Both the position numbers and the translations under genes were made by a program. Below are positions 10,435 through 20,584 of a stretch of DNA of 64,000 bases, one piece after another. The notes below the pieces were generated by a model that worked only from the letters and a program-made list of their open reading frames with translations, was not told where the DNA came from and did no database searches. The stretch is from positions 22,746 to 86,745 of the forward strand of contig NZ_CALTTY010000005.1 of assembly GCF_943912385.1 (NCBI RefSeq), read 5' to 3'. The first letter of the stretch is position 1. Each line of letters starts with the position of its first letter. Source of the DNA: an uncultured Anaerococcus sp. GTDB lineage: Bacteria; Bacillota; Clostridia; Tissierellales; Peptoniphilaceae.

Positions 10435-10884
10435 TTAAAAATAATGGATTTCTTCCTTGCCATCTCTTAGGTCCCAGAAGACTTCCTTGTATCTTCCCTC
10501 ATAGATCCCTAAAATTTTATCCATGGACAGAGACTTACCAGCTGACTTTGCAAAATTTTCATAGGTCATCCAAGAGAGTTTCCCCTCCCTATTTTCTTTT
10601 TCAAGCTTGCCAGTAAAGTCGCTTGTTTCATATAAAAGTCCCACATCCTTATTAGTATCAGTAAGCCAGGTAATAATTCCAACTAGTTTGGGATTTTTTA
10701 TATCGAGCTTTGTCTCTTCCTTGGCTTCTCTCATTACAGAATCTTCAAAGGATTCTCCTGGTTCTACCTTTCCTCCGGGAAAGGTAAGGCCCTCCCAGCC
10801 GTATTTTTTGACCTTATCAAGGACGACGACTTCCCCAGTTTCTTTATCATAAATTTTTACCATATTCATTAATACTATTTTCAT
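10435..10884 (-). CDS. Nudix hydrolase (MutT-like)
   Basis: Nudix box GGKVEPGESFEDSVMREAKEETKL. Confidence 0.9.
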   Translation of the reverse strand: MKIVLMNMVKIYDKETGEVVVLDKVKKYGWEGLTFPGGKVEPGESFEDSVMREAKEETKLDIKNPKLVGIITWLTDTNKDVGLLYETSDFTGKLEKENREGKLSWMTYENFAKSAGKSLSMDKILGIYEGRYKEVFWDLRDGKEEIHYF

Positions 10885-10918
10885 AATTCGCTCCTTAAAA
10901 AACTATATAGGAAAGAAA

Positions 10919-11034
10919 AAGAGGCTGTTGCAGAATGAATAAACCGTCCCAATATCACCAGAGGGTCTCAAAAAGCCGACGGGCTATTCTCTGATGATGG
11001 GACGATAGTTATTCACAATTTACAACAGCCTCTT
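10919..11034. repeat. About 116 bp imperfect palindrome (REP/MITE-like) downstream of ileS
   Basis: AAGAGGCTGTTG...CAACAGCCTCTT ends, with nested TGAATAA/TTATTCA and CGTCCCA/TGGGACG arms. Confidence 0.7.
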
Positions 11035-11043
11035 CCCCAGTAT

Positions 11044-14000
11044 TTATAGTCTTTCTAGATTGATTTTTACTTCTTTATCATTTAATTCAAGAGTGTCTGT
11101 ACCAAGACTTTCCCTAGTAAAGTCATCAGCTAGGGTTTCTTTTTTGATTTCTTCAGCATATTTCTCTAAGGACTTAGCAAGATCTTCGTCTGCATCATAG
11201 GAGATATTGATCCTATCTGTAACCTCAAAGCCAGAATCTTTTCTTAGATTTTGGATTTTTGAGATGAATTCTCTCGCATAGCCTTCATCTTTTAAGTCTT
11301 CTGTGATTTCTGTATCTAGGATTACAAAGACATTGCCGTCAATTTCAACATCGAAGCCTTCCTTGGCAGATATTCTGATATCTAGGTAGTCTTTCGTTAC
11401 TTCGAATTCTTCTCCACCTATTTCAACTTTGACAGGACCTTCATTCACCTTATCTATAAAATCTTTGGCGTCTGTATTTGCAAGGTACTTGGCAAAGTCA
11501 TTTACCTTTGATTGGAATATCCTACCGACAACCCTAAAGTCTGGTTTTAGGAAATAATCCATAAAGGATGATAGGTCCTCTTCAAAGTCAACTTCCTTAA
11601 TATTTAGCTCTTCTTTTATAAGTGGGAAGATTTTTTCAAGTCTTTCCTTATATGACCCATCAACAATTATCTTTGAAAGTGGTTGACGAACCTTGATTGC
11701 TTCTTTTTCTCTAGATGCGCGTCCTAGGTTTACAATCTTACGAACTAGGTCCATGTCTTCTTCAAGCCTTGTGTCTACCAAGCTTTCATCTACTTCAGGT
11801 AGGATTTGAGTGTGGACAGTCTTTTCTCCGGTTAGTTTTTGGTAGATTTCTTCAGCTATAAATGGTGTGATTGGAGCTATAAGCTTAGATATGGTAACAA
11901 GAACATCATAGGTTGTTTTATAAACAGATTTTTTAGAATCTGTTAAATCTTGTGACCAGAACCTCTTCCTATTACGTCTGATATACCAGTTTGATAAGTC
12001 TTCTACAACGAAGTTTGAAATTTCATGGACAACCTTGTTGTATTCAAATTTTTCCATTTCTTCGTAATAAGATTTAACTAGAGAGTTAAGTCTGGAGTAT
12101 AGCCAGCGGTCGATACCGTCTTTTTCTACACCCTCAAATGACTTGATGTCAGCAAGAGTTAGCTCATCTGTACCTGCATAGAGGGTAAAGAAGTTATAGA
12201 CATTTTCAAGTGTCCTAAAGAAGTTGTTTTTAACTTCCACAAGGCCCTTTTCATCAAACTTAGTCTGCATCCAAGCTGGAGATACATAAAGTGAATAAAA
12301 TCTCACTGCATCCGCCCCGTACTTATCAAAAAGTTCGAATGGGTCTAAGGTATTGCCCTTAGATTTTGACATCTTTTGACCATTTTTATCTACAACCAGG
12401 TCATTTACAAGGACATTTTTGTATGGTGCCTTTCCTGTTGTGATTGTAGAAATAGCCATTAGGGAGTAGAACCAGCCTCTTGTTTGGTCGATCCCCTCAG
12501 AGATGAAGTCCGCTGGATAGTAGCCCTCTTCAAATAGTTCTTTATTTTCAAATGGATAGTGGAGTTGGGCAAATGGCATGGCCCCTGAGTCAAACCATAC
12601 GTCTATTACATCTGGGACTCTTGTCATGGTGCCCCCACACTTATCGCATTTGATATGGACATTATCTACGTATGGTCTGTGAAGTTCTATATCTTCTGAA
12701 ATATCTTCGATTGCACGTTCTTTTAACTCTTTTCGGCTTGCAACTGAGTCTGTATGACCGCACTCACATCTCCAGATATTTAGAGGAGTACCCCAGTATC
12801 TAGACCTTGATATGGCCCAGTCTTTGACATTTTCTAGCCAGTTTCCAAACCTCTTATCTCCTATTGTTTGTGGGTACCAGTTTACAGTCTTATTGTTTTC
12901 TACCATCTTATCTGAGAACTTGCTCATTTCTATATACCAGGATGGTCTTGCGTAATAGATAAGTGGGGTGTGACATCTCCAGCAGTGTGGGTAGTTGTGT
13001 TCTATTGTGTCTTTATTAAATACCTTATCTTCTCCCTGGAGGTGGCGCCAGATTTTTTCATTGGTATCAAAGACAAATTCGCCTTCCCAAGGAGTTTCTG
13101 TAAACTTACCTTCTAGGTCTACTGGCTGGATAAAGTCAAGGTCATATTTCCTACAAGCCTGGTAGTCGTCCTCACCAAAGGCTGGTGCTATGTGAACTAT
13201 ACCTGTACCATCTTCTGCTGATACATAATCAGCAAGAATCACTTTAAAGGCCTTACCTGGCTCAGTTTGTACAAATGGTAGGATTTGCTCGTATTCCATT
13301 AGTTCTAGGTCAGTACCCTTTAGCTCTTCGACTACTTCATAGTCTCTTTTATCCATAATTTTTTCCATAAGAGATTTTGCCATGTAGTAGTAGGACTCAT
13401 CTTCCTTGTCAAAGACCTTTACATAGTCAAGGTCTGGGTGAACTGCAAGGGCTAGGTTTGATGGGAGGGTCCATGGGGTTGTAGTCCAGGCTAAGAAATA
13501 TTCATTGTCAGCCCCCTTTTTCTTAAATTTAACCGTAAGGGTGATGGTTTTTTCCATCTCATAACCTTGGGCAACCTCGTGGCTTGCAAGACCTGTCCCG
13601 CATCTTGGGCAGTATGGCATGACCTTAGCACCTTCGTAGATATAACCTTTTTTGAAGGCATTGTCTAAGAGCCACCATTCTGTTTCGACGTAGTTATTGT
13701 CCATGGTGACATATGGGTGGTCCATGTCATATAAAAAGCCCATCCTATCTGACATGTCCCTCCACATATCAGAATACTTCCAAACAGATTCCTTACATAG
13801 CTGGTTGAATTTTTCTATACCGTATTCTTCTATGTCATTTTTATCAGAAAAACCTAGTTCTTTTTCCACTTCGATTTCTACAGGCAGCCCATGGGTATCC
13901 CAGCCTGCTTTTTTAAGGACCTTATAGCCTTTCATATTTTTATATCGGCTAGTCATATCCTTTAGGGTTCTAGCTATAACGTGGTGGATACCTGGCTTGC

Positions 14001-14163
14001 CGTTAGCTGTTGGTGGCCCATCGTAGATTACGTATTCTTCCCCATCTTCACGGGTCTTAAAAGTCTGATCTAAAAGGTCAATTTCATTCCAATAATCTTT
14101 TAGTTTTGCCTCCCTAGATTTTACATCCTTGGAGTCTACTTCTTCAAATTTAAAGTCGCACAT
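11044..14163 (-). CDS. ileS: Isoleucine--tRNA ligase, type 2 (IleRS2)
   Basis: DGPPTANG, GWDTHGLP, WTTTPWTLP editing domain, DWAISRSRYWG, KMSKS; 1039 aa with a type-2-like C-terminus. Confidence 0.97.
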   Translation of the reverse strand: MCDFKFEEVDSKDVKSREAKLKDYWNEIDLLDQTFKTREDGEEYVIYDGPPTANGKPGIHHVIARTLKDMTSRYKNMKGYKVLKKAGWDTHGLPVEIEVEKELGFSDKNDIEEYGIEKFNQLCKESVWKYSDMWRDMSDRMGFLYDMDHPYVTMDNNYVETEWWLLDNAFKKGYIYEGAKVMPYCPRCGTGLASHEVAQGYEMEKTITLTVKFKKKGADNEYFLAWTTTPWTLPSNLALAVHPDLDYVKVFDKEDESYYYMAKSLMEKIMDKRDYEVVEELKGTDLELMEYEQILPFVQTEPGKAFKVILADYVSAEDGTGIVHIAPAFGEDDYQACRKYDLDFIQPVDLEGKFTETPWEGEFVFDTNEKIWRHLQGEDKVFNKDTIEHNYPHCWRCHTPLIYYARPSWYIEMSKFSDKMVENNKTVNWYPQTIGDKRFGNWLENVKDWAISRSRYWGTPLNIWRCECGHTDSVASRKELKERAIEDISEDIELHRPYVDNVHIKCDKCGGTMTRVPDVIDVWFDSGAMPFAQLHYPFENKELFEEGYYPADFISEGIDQTRGWFYSLMAISTITTGKAPYKNVLVNDLVVDKNGQKMSKSKGNTLDPFELFDKYGADAVRFYSLYVSPAWMQTKFDEKGLVEVKNNFFRTLENVYNFFTLYAGTDELTLADIKSFEGVEKDGIDRWLYSRLNSLVKSYYEEMEKFEYNKVVHEISNFVVEDLSNWYIRRNRKRFWSQDLTDSKKSVYKTTYDVLVTISKLIAPITPFIAEEIYQKLTGEKTVHTQILPEVDESLVDTRLEEDMDLVRKIVNLGRASREKEAIKVRQPLSKIIVDGSYKERLEKIFPLIKEELNIKEVDFEEDLSSFMDYFLKPDFRVVGRIFQSKVNDFAKYLANTDAKDFIDKVNEGPVKVEIGGEEFEVTKDYLDIRISAKEGFDVEIDGNVFVILDTEITEDLKDEGYAREFISKIQNLRKDSGFEVTDRINISYDADEDLAKSLEKYAEEIKKETLADDFTRESLGTDTLELNDKEVKINLERL

Positions 14164-14179
14164 ATCTTTTCCTTCCTAA

Positions 14180-14365
14180 TAAAAAAGGACCATCCATACA
14201 GACGGTCCACTTATTTCTTGGTTTGCTCTTAAGGCTTGGCCTTCCTGATAGGTTAATAATTTCACCTGTCAAACAATAAGGATGATCTTCATTTATAAAT
14301 CCCCTGGCATTCTCACCAACCATGCCTCTCTGAAGGTTTTCTATAAATTACTCTTCCCTATATAG
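14180..14365 (-). promoter_or_regulatory. Ile T-box-like leader (stem I with ATC specifier, plus terminator)
   Basis: GAAGAGTA...AGAGAG...GGTGAGA...GAAG-ATC-ATCC (ATC at 14286-14284); terminator GGACCGTC..GATGGTCC-TTTTTT; the T-box itself is degenerate. Confidence 0.7.
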
Positions 14366-14405
14366 TCATTATTCTGAACTTAATGTACTATTTAAAGTCT
14401 GTTTG

Positions 14406-14897
14406 TCAAATATGCCTTACAAACTTAAACTTCTCAAAGGTATAGATATCAAAGTCATCCACATTGGCCAGGTCTTTGGCATCTTCAAACATCTGGTAGT
14501 CAGTCTCATAGTCTTCCCTAAAGACCATAACAGGATTGTTGGCATAGGAAAGTAAAAGTCCTGAATAGACCCCAAAATCTTCCATTTTTTCAATCTGTTT
14601 GACCTTGCTAATTTCTAAAACCTGGATATATACATCATCAAGCTCATCTAGTCTTAGGGCAAAGGCATTGTCAAAAATCCCTAGGTTTACCACTTCATGA
14701 ATGATATCAAGGGCAATATTTCCCCTTGTCGGATAAATCGAACCTGACCTTTCGGTCCTGTCACCTTTTGTTATTTGGATTAAAACACCGTTATGGTTAG
14801 TTTTAAAGTCTTCATCATATTCATCGAGGTACTTGCCATTTTCTAAGTAAAACTTCAAGGAATCGTAGGCAAGGTCAACATACTTGTCACTAAGCAT
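14406..14897 (-). CDS. Divergent AMMECR1-domain-like protein
   Basis: YVDLAYDSLKFYLENGK, GVLIQI..GSIYPT..NIALDII and LDELDDVYIQV resemble the AMMECR1 pattern. Confidence 0.55.
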   Translation of the reverse strand: MLSDKYVDLAYDSLKFYLENGKYLDEYDEDFKTNHNGVLIQITKGDRTERSGSIYPTRGNIALDIIHEVVNLGIFDNAFALRLDELDDVYIQVLEISKVKQIEKMEDFGVYSGLLLSYANNPVMVFREDYETDYQMFEDAKDLANVDDFDIYTFEKFKFVRHI

Positions 14898-15372
14898 TTA
14901 ATTCTTCCTCTATATCTTTTTTAATATTTTCTGGTTTTTTCATAGAATCATATCTTTTAACAGGAAGACCTTCTTTGTTTATCAAAAACTTTGTAAAGTT
15001 CCACCTGATATCCTTAGAAGATGGGCCAGCTATTTCATCTTTTAAATATTTATAAAGAGGATTAGCCCCTTCTCCATTTACTTCTATCTTGTCAAAACGG
15101 TCAAAGCTTGTCCCAAAGTTTAGTTCACAAAAGTCATTAATCTCTTCCATACTACCTGGAGCTTGGTTGCCGAATTGGTTACAAGGAAAATCAAGAATTT
15201 CAAAACCTTGGTCCTTATAGGTTTTGTAAAGTTCTTCTAGTCCGTCGTATTGCTTGGTAAAACCGCATTTAGTAGCAGTATTTACAATAAGAAGGACCTT
15301 ACCCTTATATTTATCAAGGCTTACATCCTCACCCTTATCATCTCTAACTGTAAAATCATAAATTGTTGTCAT
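14890..15372 (-). CDS. Glutathione peroxidase family protein (Cys type)
   Basis: NTATKCGFT, FPCNQFGNQ, WNFTKFL. Confidence 0.95.
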   Translation of the reverse strand: MTTIYDFTVRDDKGEDVSLDKYKGKVLLIVNTATKCGFTKQYDGLEELYKTYKDQGFEILDFPCNQFGNQAPGSMEEINDFCELNFGTSFDRFDKIEVNGEGANPLYKYLKDEIAGPSSKDIRWNFTKFLINKEGLPVKRYDSMKKPENIKKDIEEELNA

Positions 15373-15474
15373 AAGATTTCCTCCGTCTTCTTTATACTAT
15401 ACAAGATTTATAGGAAAAATCATTTGACAAAAAATAAAAATACTATATACTATTAGTATATTATAAACTTAATA

Positions 15475-15720
15475 TAAGAAAGAGTAGTATAAAGAATTGA
15501 TTAAAGAGAGTCTCGTTGTGGTGAAAGAGGTAGAAAATCTTTATATGAAAATGGTTCTTATTTAGGATTTCTCGATATTTAGAGATTTACGTTAACTTAC
15601 GTTACAAAGCGCGAGTATGTCAGTACTCAGTGAGTTTATATAAGTGATTATATGAAAATTTAAGGTGGTACCGCGATTTACGCCCTTATTATTTCAATTG
15701 AAATAATAAGGGCTTTTTTA
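15475..15720 (+). promoter_or_regulatory. Met T-box riboswitch
   Basis: Stem I AGAGAG/GGTGAAA motifs, specifier GAAA-ATG (15551-15553), T-box AAGGTGGTACCGCG (15662-15675), terminator GCCCTTATTATTTC..GAAATAATAAGGGC-TTTTT; TTGACA/TATACT promoter at 15424-15451. Confidence 0.92.
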
Positions 15721-15754
15721 TTAGTCTTTGATGAAAAATTTTAAGGAGTAAACT

Positions 15755-17038
15755 ATGACAGAAAAAAATTACAAAAACATCGACACAGCTTGCCTTAGAG
15801 CAGGATATACACCAGGAAATGGCCAGGCTAACATCCCTCCCATTACCCAGTCTACAACCTTTAACTATGGATCAACAAAGCAGGTTGCTGACCTCTTTGA
15901 CCTTAATGACCCAGGTTTTTTCTATACCAGACTAGGTAACCCTACCACAGATGTCCTCGAAAAAAGACTGGCAGCCCTTGATGGAGGAGTAGCAGCTGTA
16001 GCTACAGGGTCTGGCCAGGCTGCAAACCTCCTTGCTATAACAAATATTGCCGGGGCAGGCGACCATGTTATAGCCCTAAATAATATATACGGAGGAACCT
16101 ATAACCTAATAAATAAGACCCTAAGAGATTTGGGAATTGAAGCTAGCTTTGTTTCGTCAAATGACCTGGATGAGGCAAGAGCAGCTATACAGGACAATAC
16201 CAAGCTAATTTTTGGTGAGTCCCTCACCAACCCAAAGGTCGACGTCCTTGATATAGAAGGCTATGCAAGGCTTTCCCACGAGCATAATATCCCCCTAATC
16301 CTTGATAACACCCTTGCAACTCCAGCCCTTTTAAGACCAATTGACTTCGGTTGTGATATAGTCACCTATTCATCTAGCAAGTACCTTGATGGCCATGCAG
16401 CAGCCATGGGTGGAATCATAGTTGACTCTGGTAATTTTGACTGGTCCAAGGGAGACTATGACAGACTTACAAAGGCTGATGAGTCCTACCACGGCCTTGT
16501 CTTTACAGAGCATTTCGGAAAGGCCGCCTATGCTGCAAGACTAAGGACAGTGGGCCTTCGTGACTACGGAACCATCCAGTCACCCTTCAATGCCTTCCTT
16601 ACAATCCTGGGAGTAGATACCCTGGCCCTTAGGATGGAAAGACACAGTGAAAACGCCTTAAAAGTGGCAAGGTTCTTAGAAGAATATGACCTGGTAGAAA
16701 GTGTATCCTATCCCTTCCTTGAATCTTCAAAATCCTATGACCTGGCCAAAAAATACCTCAAAGGCGGATCAGGTGTCCTAAGCTTTGAAATCAAGGGAGA
16801 TAGGGAGACTGCAGCAGACTTTATCGATAGCCTCGAGCTTGTCAACCTCGCTGTCCATGTATCTGATGCCAGAAGTCTCTGCCTCCATCCTGCAAGCTCT
16901 ACTCACAGGCAGCTATCCGATGAAGAATTAGAAAAAGTCGGCATATCTCCTAACCTGATCAGACTTTCTATAGGTCTTGAAAATATTGACGACATAATAA
17001 TCGATATAGAAAATGCCCTTAATAAGGCCTGCAAATAA
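15755..17038 (+). CDS. metY: O-acetylhomoserine aminocarboxypropyltransferase (sulfhydrylase)
   Basis: YTRLGNPT, DNT, PLP-Lys motif SSSKYLDGH, HPASSTH, IRLSIGLE. Confidence 0.92.
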   Translation: MTEKNYKNIDTACLRAGYTPGNGQANIPPITQSTTFNYGSTKQVADLFDLNDPGFFYTRLGNPTTDVLEKRLAALDGGVAAVATGSGQAANLLAITNIAGAGDHVIALNNIYGGTYNLINKTLRDLGIEASFVSSNDLDEARAAIQDNTKLIFGESLTNPKVDVLDIEGYARLSHEHNIPLILDNTLATPALLRPIDFGCDIVTYSSSKYLDGHAAAMGGIIVDSGNFDWSKGDYDRLTKADESYHGLVFTEHFGKAAYAARLRTVGLRDYGTIQSPFNAFLTILGVDTLALRMERHSENALKVARFLEEYDLVESVSYPFLESSKSYDLAKKYLKGGSGVLSFEIKGDRETAADFIDSLELVNLAVHVSDARSLCLHPASSTHRQLSDEELEKVGISPNLIRLSIGLENIDDIIIDIENALNKACK

Positions 17039-17047
17039 GGAGAAAAA

Positions 17048-17956
17048 ATGCCAGTAATCATTCCTAAAAATCTCATAGACAAGGATGTCCTAGACAGGGA
17101 AAATATCTTTATAATGGATACTGACAGAGCCGAAAGCCAGGACATCAGACCCCTTAAAATTGGTATAGTAAACCTCATGCCGACTAAGGAGAAAACAGAA
17201 ATCCAGCTTCTAAGACTCCTTTCAAATAATCCCCTCCAGATAGATGTGGACCTTATTGACATGGACTCCTATAAATCAAACCACAGCCAGGATCACTTGG
17301 AGAAATTTTATACCTCCTATGAGAATATAAAAAATAAAAAGTATGACGGCCTTATAATAACAGGGGCCCCTCTCGAGCAAAAGTCCTACAAGGAAATAAA
17401 GTACTGGCAAGAGCTTACAAAGATTTTTGACTTTGCAAAAACCAATGTTTTCTCCACCCTCTTTATTTGCTGGGGAGCCATAGCTGCCCTTGATTACTAC
17501 TACGGTGTAGAAATAGACCTTCTTGATAGAAAACTCTTTGAGGTCCATGAATACTATAAAAATTCTAATGACAAGTTACTTCTAGGATTTGATGATGTCT
17601 TTTATATGCCAAACTCTAGGTATAAGACTATTAAAGAAGAAGAAATTAGTAAAATCAGTGACCTTAACCAGCTTGTAGGAGATAATGAAATGGGGGCTAG
17701 TATAATAAAGTCAGTAGACGATAAGTTTATCTTTAACCTAAACCACATCGAATACGATAAGGAAACCCTGGATGAAGAATATAGGAGGGATATTAAAAAC
17801 GGCCTAGCTACCCCTCCTGCCAAACACTATTACCAAGATGATAACCCAGATAAAAGGATAATCCAAAGATGGAAATCAACAGGCTATATCTTTTTTAATA
17901 ACTGGCTCAACTATTATGTATACCAAACTACTCCCTTTGATAGCGAAAAAATCTAA
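17048..17956 (+). CDS. metA: Homoserine O-acyltransferase (MetA family, probably acetyl-specific)
   Basis: QDIRPL, NLMPTK, TGAPLE (Glu at the specificity position), ICWGA, HIEY. Confidence 0.93.
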   Translation: MPVIIPKNLIDKDVLDRENIFIMDTDRAESQDIRPLKIGIVNLMPTKEKTEIQLLRLLSNNPLQIDVDLIDMDSYKSNHSQDHLEKFYTSYENIKNKKYDGLIITGAPLEQKSYKEIKYWQELTKIFDFAKTNVFSTLFICWGAIAALDYYYGVEIDLLDRKLFEVHEYYKNSNDKLLLGFDDVFYMPNSRYKTIKEEEISKISDLNQLVGDNEMGASIIKSVDDKFIFNLNHIEYDKETLDEEYRRDIKNGLATPPAKHYYQDDNPDKRIIQRWKSTGYIFFNNWLNYYVYQTTPFDSEKI

Positions 17957-17990
17957 AAAACCCAGCGAGAAAATTTCCCGCTGGGTTTTT
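17955..17990. terminator. Bidirectional intrinsic terminator
   Basis: AAAAAACCCAGCG..CGCTGGGTTTTT. Confidence 0.85.
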
Positions 17991-18182
17991 ATAAGCCTAT
18001 CTTTAACCATTATAAATTCTCAAAGAGATTAATAAAATCTTTAATAAATCATCAGTCCTTGATTATACAGAATCTAAGGAGGAGAAGTCTTCTAGAGAAG
18101 ACCTACTAATTGTAATTATTTTTTATCTTTAAACATCCTTATATCATTGTATCTAGTTTGTTTGATACAAGAAAAAAGAGCC

Positions 18183-19373
18183 CTAGGACTCTTTTACATA
18201 TTTTTCTACAAGCATTGCAGCTGATATGTCTGTTGTTGTATTAATGGCTGTAGCAATCGAATCGACCACTGTTGATATGAGGACCATGATTGGAATAGTC
18301 GCTTGGGGAAAGCCAAAGGAAGAGATAAGGAGGATTTCTGCTGTATAGCCTCCTCCAGGAACTGCCCCGCAGACTGTCGCTGCTATATAGGAAACAAGGA
18401 TTGCTATTATAAGGCTATTAAAACTTAAATCAATTCCTAAAATCCCGCATAGGAGGGTGATTTTTATAATCTGAATCATAACTGTCCCGTCCTTGTGGAG
18501 GTTCGCTCCAAGGGGGAGGACAATATTGTTTACATCTTCCCTAATCCCCATCTTCTCACCTGCCGTAAGGTTTAAAGGAAGAGCGGCTGCTGATGAGCTT
18601 GTGGCAAAGGCTGTGATAAAGGGTGGCCAGGTATTTTTCCAGAAAATACTTACCCCCTCCCTGCCTCGGGCTATGAAAGTCATGATAGTATTAACCAGGA
18701 AAAAATAGATAAAGCCTGCAATAAAAAATATCACGATGGTCCTTCCCAGGGGTCCAAATAATTTTGACCCCTGCTCGCCTGTTATACTTGCAAAGTAGGC
18801 TCCGATACCTATAGGGGCAAATTTCATTATGTAAGAAATAATCTTATTTACAAGGACCATCCCTTGATCGACAAGTCTTATAAGCCCCCCTGCCTCATCT
18901 CTTACGCTTATAAGGGCAAGGCCTGTGATTATAGAAAATACTATCAGGGCCATGAGGTTTTCTTTAGATAAGAGCTTGTAAAAATCATCAACAGTAAGCA
19001 TGGCAAGAACGTCAAGCTTTGCTTCGCCTGGGTCAAAGGCGTCCTTAAAGACAAGGTCTGTTCCCTTAGCTGGGTCAAATATCTTGGTAAAGACAAGCAT
19101 ATATCCACCAGCAAAAAGTCCTGTAAGTAAAAATATAATAAACATCACAAGGAGGATTTTCCCAAGGGTCTTGCCTGATTTCATTGATGTAATAGACGAG
19201 ATGATTGAAAGGGCAATCATTGGAACTATACTTACAAATAATAAGTTTAAGAAAGTATTAGCCAGGGGTGTAAAAATAATGGCCCTTTCCCCTAAAGCTA
19301 TACCCACAATCCCACCTATTAGCATAGATAGAAGAAGGATCAAGGACGATTTGTTACTTTTTATAATCTGCAT
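18183..19373 (-). CDS. Dicarboxylate/amino acid:cation symporter (DAACS)
   Basis: AFATSSSAAALP, PLGANLHKDG; multiple TM segments. Confidence 0.9.
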   Translation of the reverse strand: MQIIKSNKSSLILLLSMLIGGIVGIALGERAIIFTPLANTFLNLLFVSIVPMIALSIISSITSMKSGKTLGKILLVMFIIFLLTGLFAGGYMLVFTKIFDPAKGTDLVFKDAFDPGEAKLDVLAMLTVDDFYKLLSKENLMALIVFSIITGLALISVRDEAGGLIRLVDQGMVLVNKIISYIMKFAPIGIGAYFASITGEQGSKLFGPLGRTIVIFFIAGFIYFFLVNTIMTFIARGREGVSIFWKNTWPPFITAFATSSSAAALPLNLTAGEKMGIREDVNNIVLPLGANLHKDGTVMIQIIKITLLCGILGIDLSFNSLIIAILVSYIAATVCGAVPGGGYTAEILLISSFGFPQATIPIMVLISTVVDSIATAINTTTDISAAMLVEKYVKES

Positions 19374-19422
19374 TTTTTTAACCTTTCTTTTTGCAAAATT
19401 TCTTCGATATTTACTAAAAAAT

Positions 19423-19469
19423 AAAGCCTACAAGGGATTGTAGATAAGATTTACAATCCCTTTGGCTTT
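19423..19469 (-). terminator. Terminator-like hairpin after the last metQ
   Basis: AAGGGATTGTA-N9-TACAATCCCTT inverted repeat. Confidence 0.65.
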
Positions 19470-19517
19470 AATTTAAGAGGGTTTAACTATAAAATAATTA
19501 TTTATCCTAACAAAATT

Positions 19518-20435
19518 TTACCAAACTGGTATTGATGATCCCTTGCTAGTTTCTTCAACTATTTTTTTAGTTTCTTCTGTGTGGTAGTAGTTATCTACCA
19601 GGTCTTTTAGGGTCGCACTATCTTTTTTATCAGGTGTTGTCGCAATGATATTTACATATATATCCTTGCCTTCTTCTGTATGGTCTTCTAGGTAGATTGC
19701 ATCTTCTGTTGGGACAAATCCTGCATCTACAGCCATACCCGAGTTAACACAGGCGACATCAACATCATCTAAGCTTCTTGCTGTTTGAGATGCTGCAAGC
19801 TCGATGATTTCAAAATTTCTAGGGTTTGAAGTGATATCTTCTAGGGTAATCAGGTCTCCATCCTTGCCTTCTACTTCTAAAAGGCCTGCTGACTGAAGTA
19901 AAAATAGAGATCTCGCTCCGTTGGTTGGATCATCTGGGATGGCAATTCTCGCCCCGTCCTCCAAATCCTTTAAATCATCAATCTTTGATGAGTAGATTCC
20001 GAGTGGAGCTATTGATGTATCTCCTATGCTTTCAATATCTGATCCACTTTCTTCATTAAATTGACTTAAGAACTTTTTATGTTGGAAGGCATTAATATCA
20101 ATATCTCCTGATAGGAGGGCTTCATTTGGCTCCCTATAGTCGCTAAAGCTAATTATTTCTATACTCTTGCTAGTACCTTCTTTGTATCTTTTGGCCACAT
20201 CGTCCCAATCTTCGTTGTCTTCTCCAACTACACCGAGCTTTATGACATCCTTATCAGCTAGGGGGTCTCCTGTATTTTCTTCCTCCCCAGTGCTTGCCAC
20301 TTCTTCTGTTTGACCAGGTTCGTTTTTTACTTCTTCGCTTTTACTTTCTTCCTTGTTTGATCCACAGGATGTAAGTCCTAGGATTATAGCCAGTCCAAGG
20401 CTTAATTTACTAATTGTTTTCATTTTATTCTCCAT
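19518..20435 (-). CDS. metQ: MetQ/NlpA methionine-binding lipoprotein (copy 3)
   Basis: Lipobox LTSC; FSDYREPNEAL, NAFQH, IPDDPTNGARSL. Confidence 0.9.
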   Translation of the reverse strand: MENKMKTISKLSLGLAIILGLTSCGSNKEESKSEEVKNEPGQTEEVASTGEEENTGDPLADKDVIKLGVVGEDNEDWDDVAKRYKEGTSKSIEIISFSDYREPNEALLSGDIDINAFQHKKFLSQFNEESGSDIESIGDTSIAPLGIYSSKIDDLKDLEDGARIAIPDDPTNGARSLFLLQSAGLLEVEGKDGDLITLEDITSNPRNFEIIELAASQTARSLDDVDVACVNSGMAVDAGFVPTEDAIYLEDHTEEGKDIYVNIIATTPDKKDSATLKDLVDNYYHTEETKKIVEETSKGSSIPVW

Positions 20436-20584
20436 TTATTTCTTACTTGACAATGATAATAACTAATATTTCTCTTTTTAAAATATAGCTAGAGCTTTCT
20501 AATTTTTTAATCGATACTTTTTAGTAAAGAAGACCAGGTGTAGGTCGCTAAGCTCCGCCCTACTTTAACCTCTTTATTCAAGGC

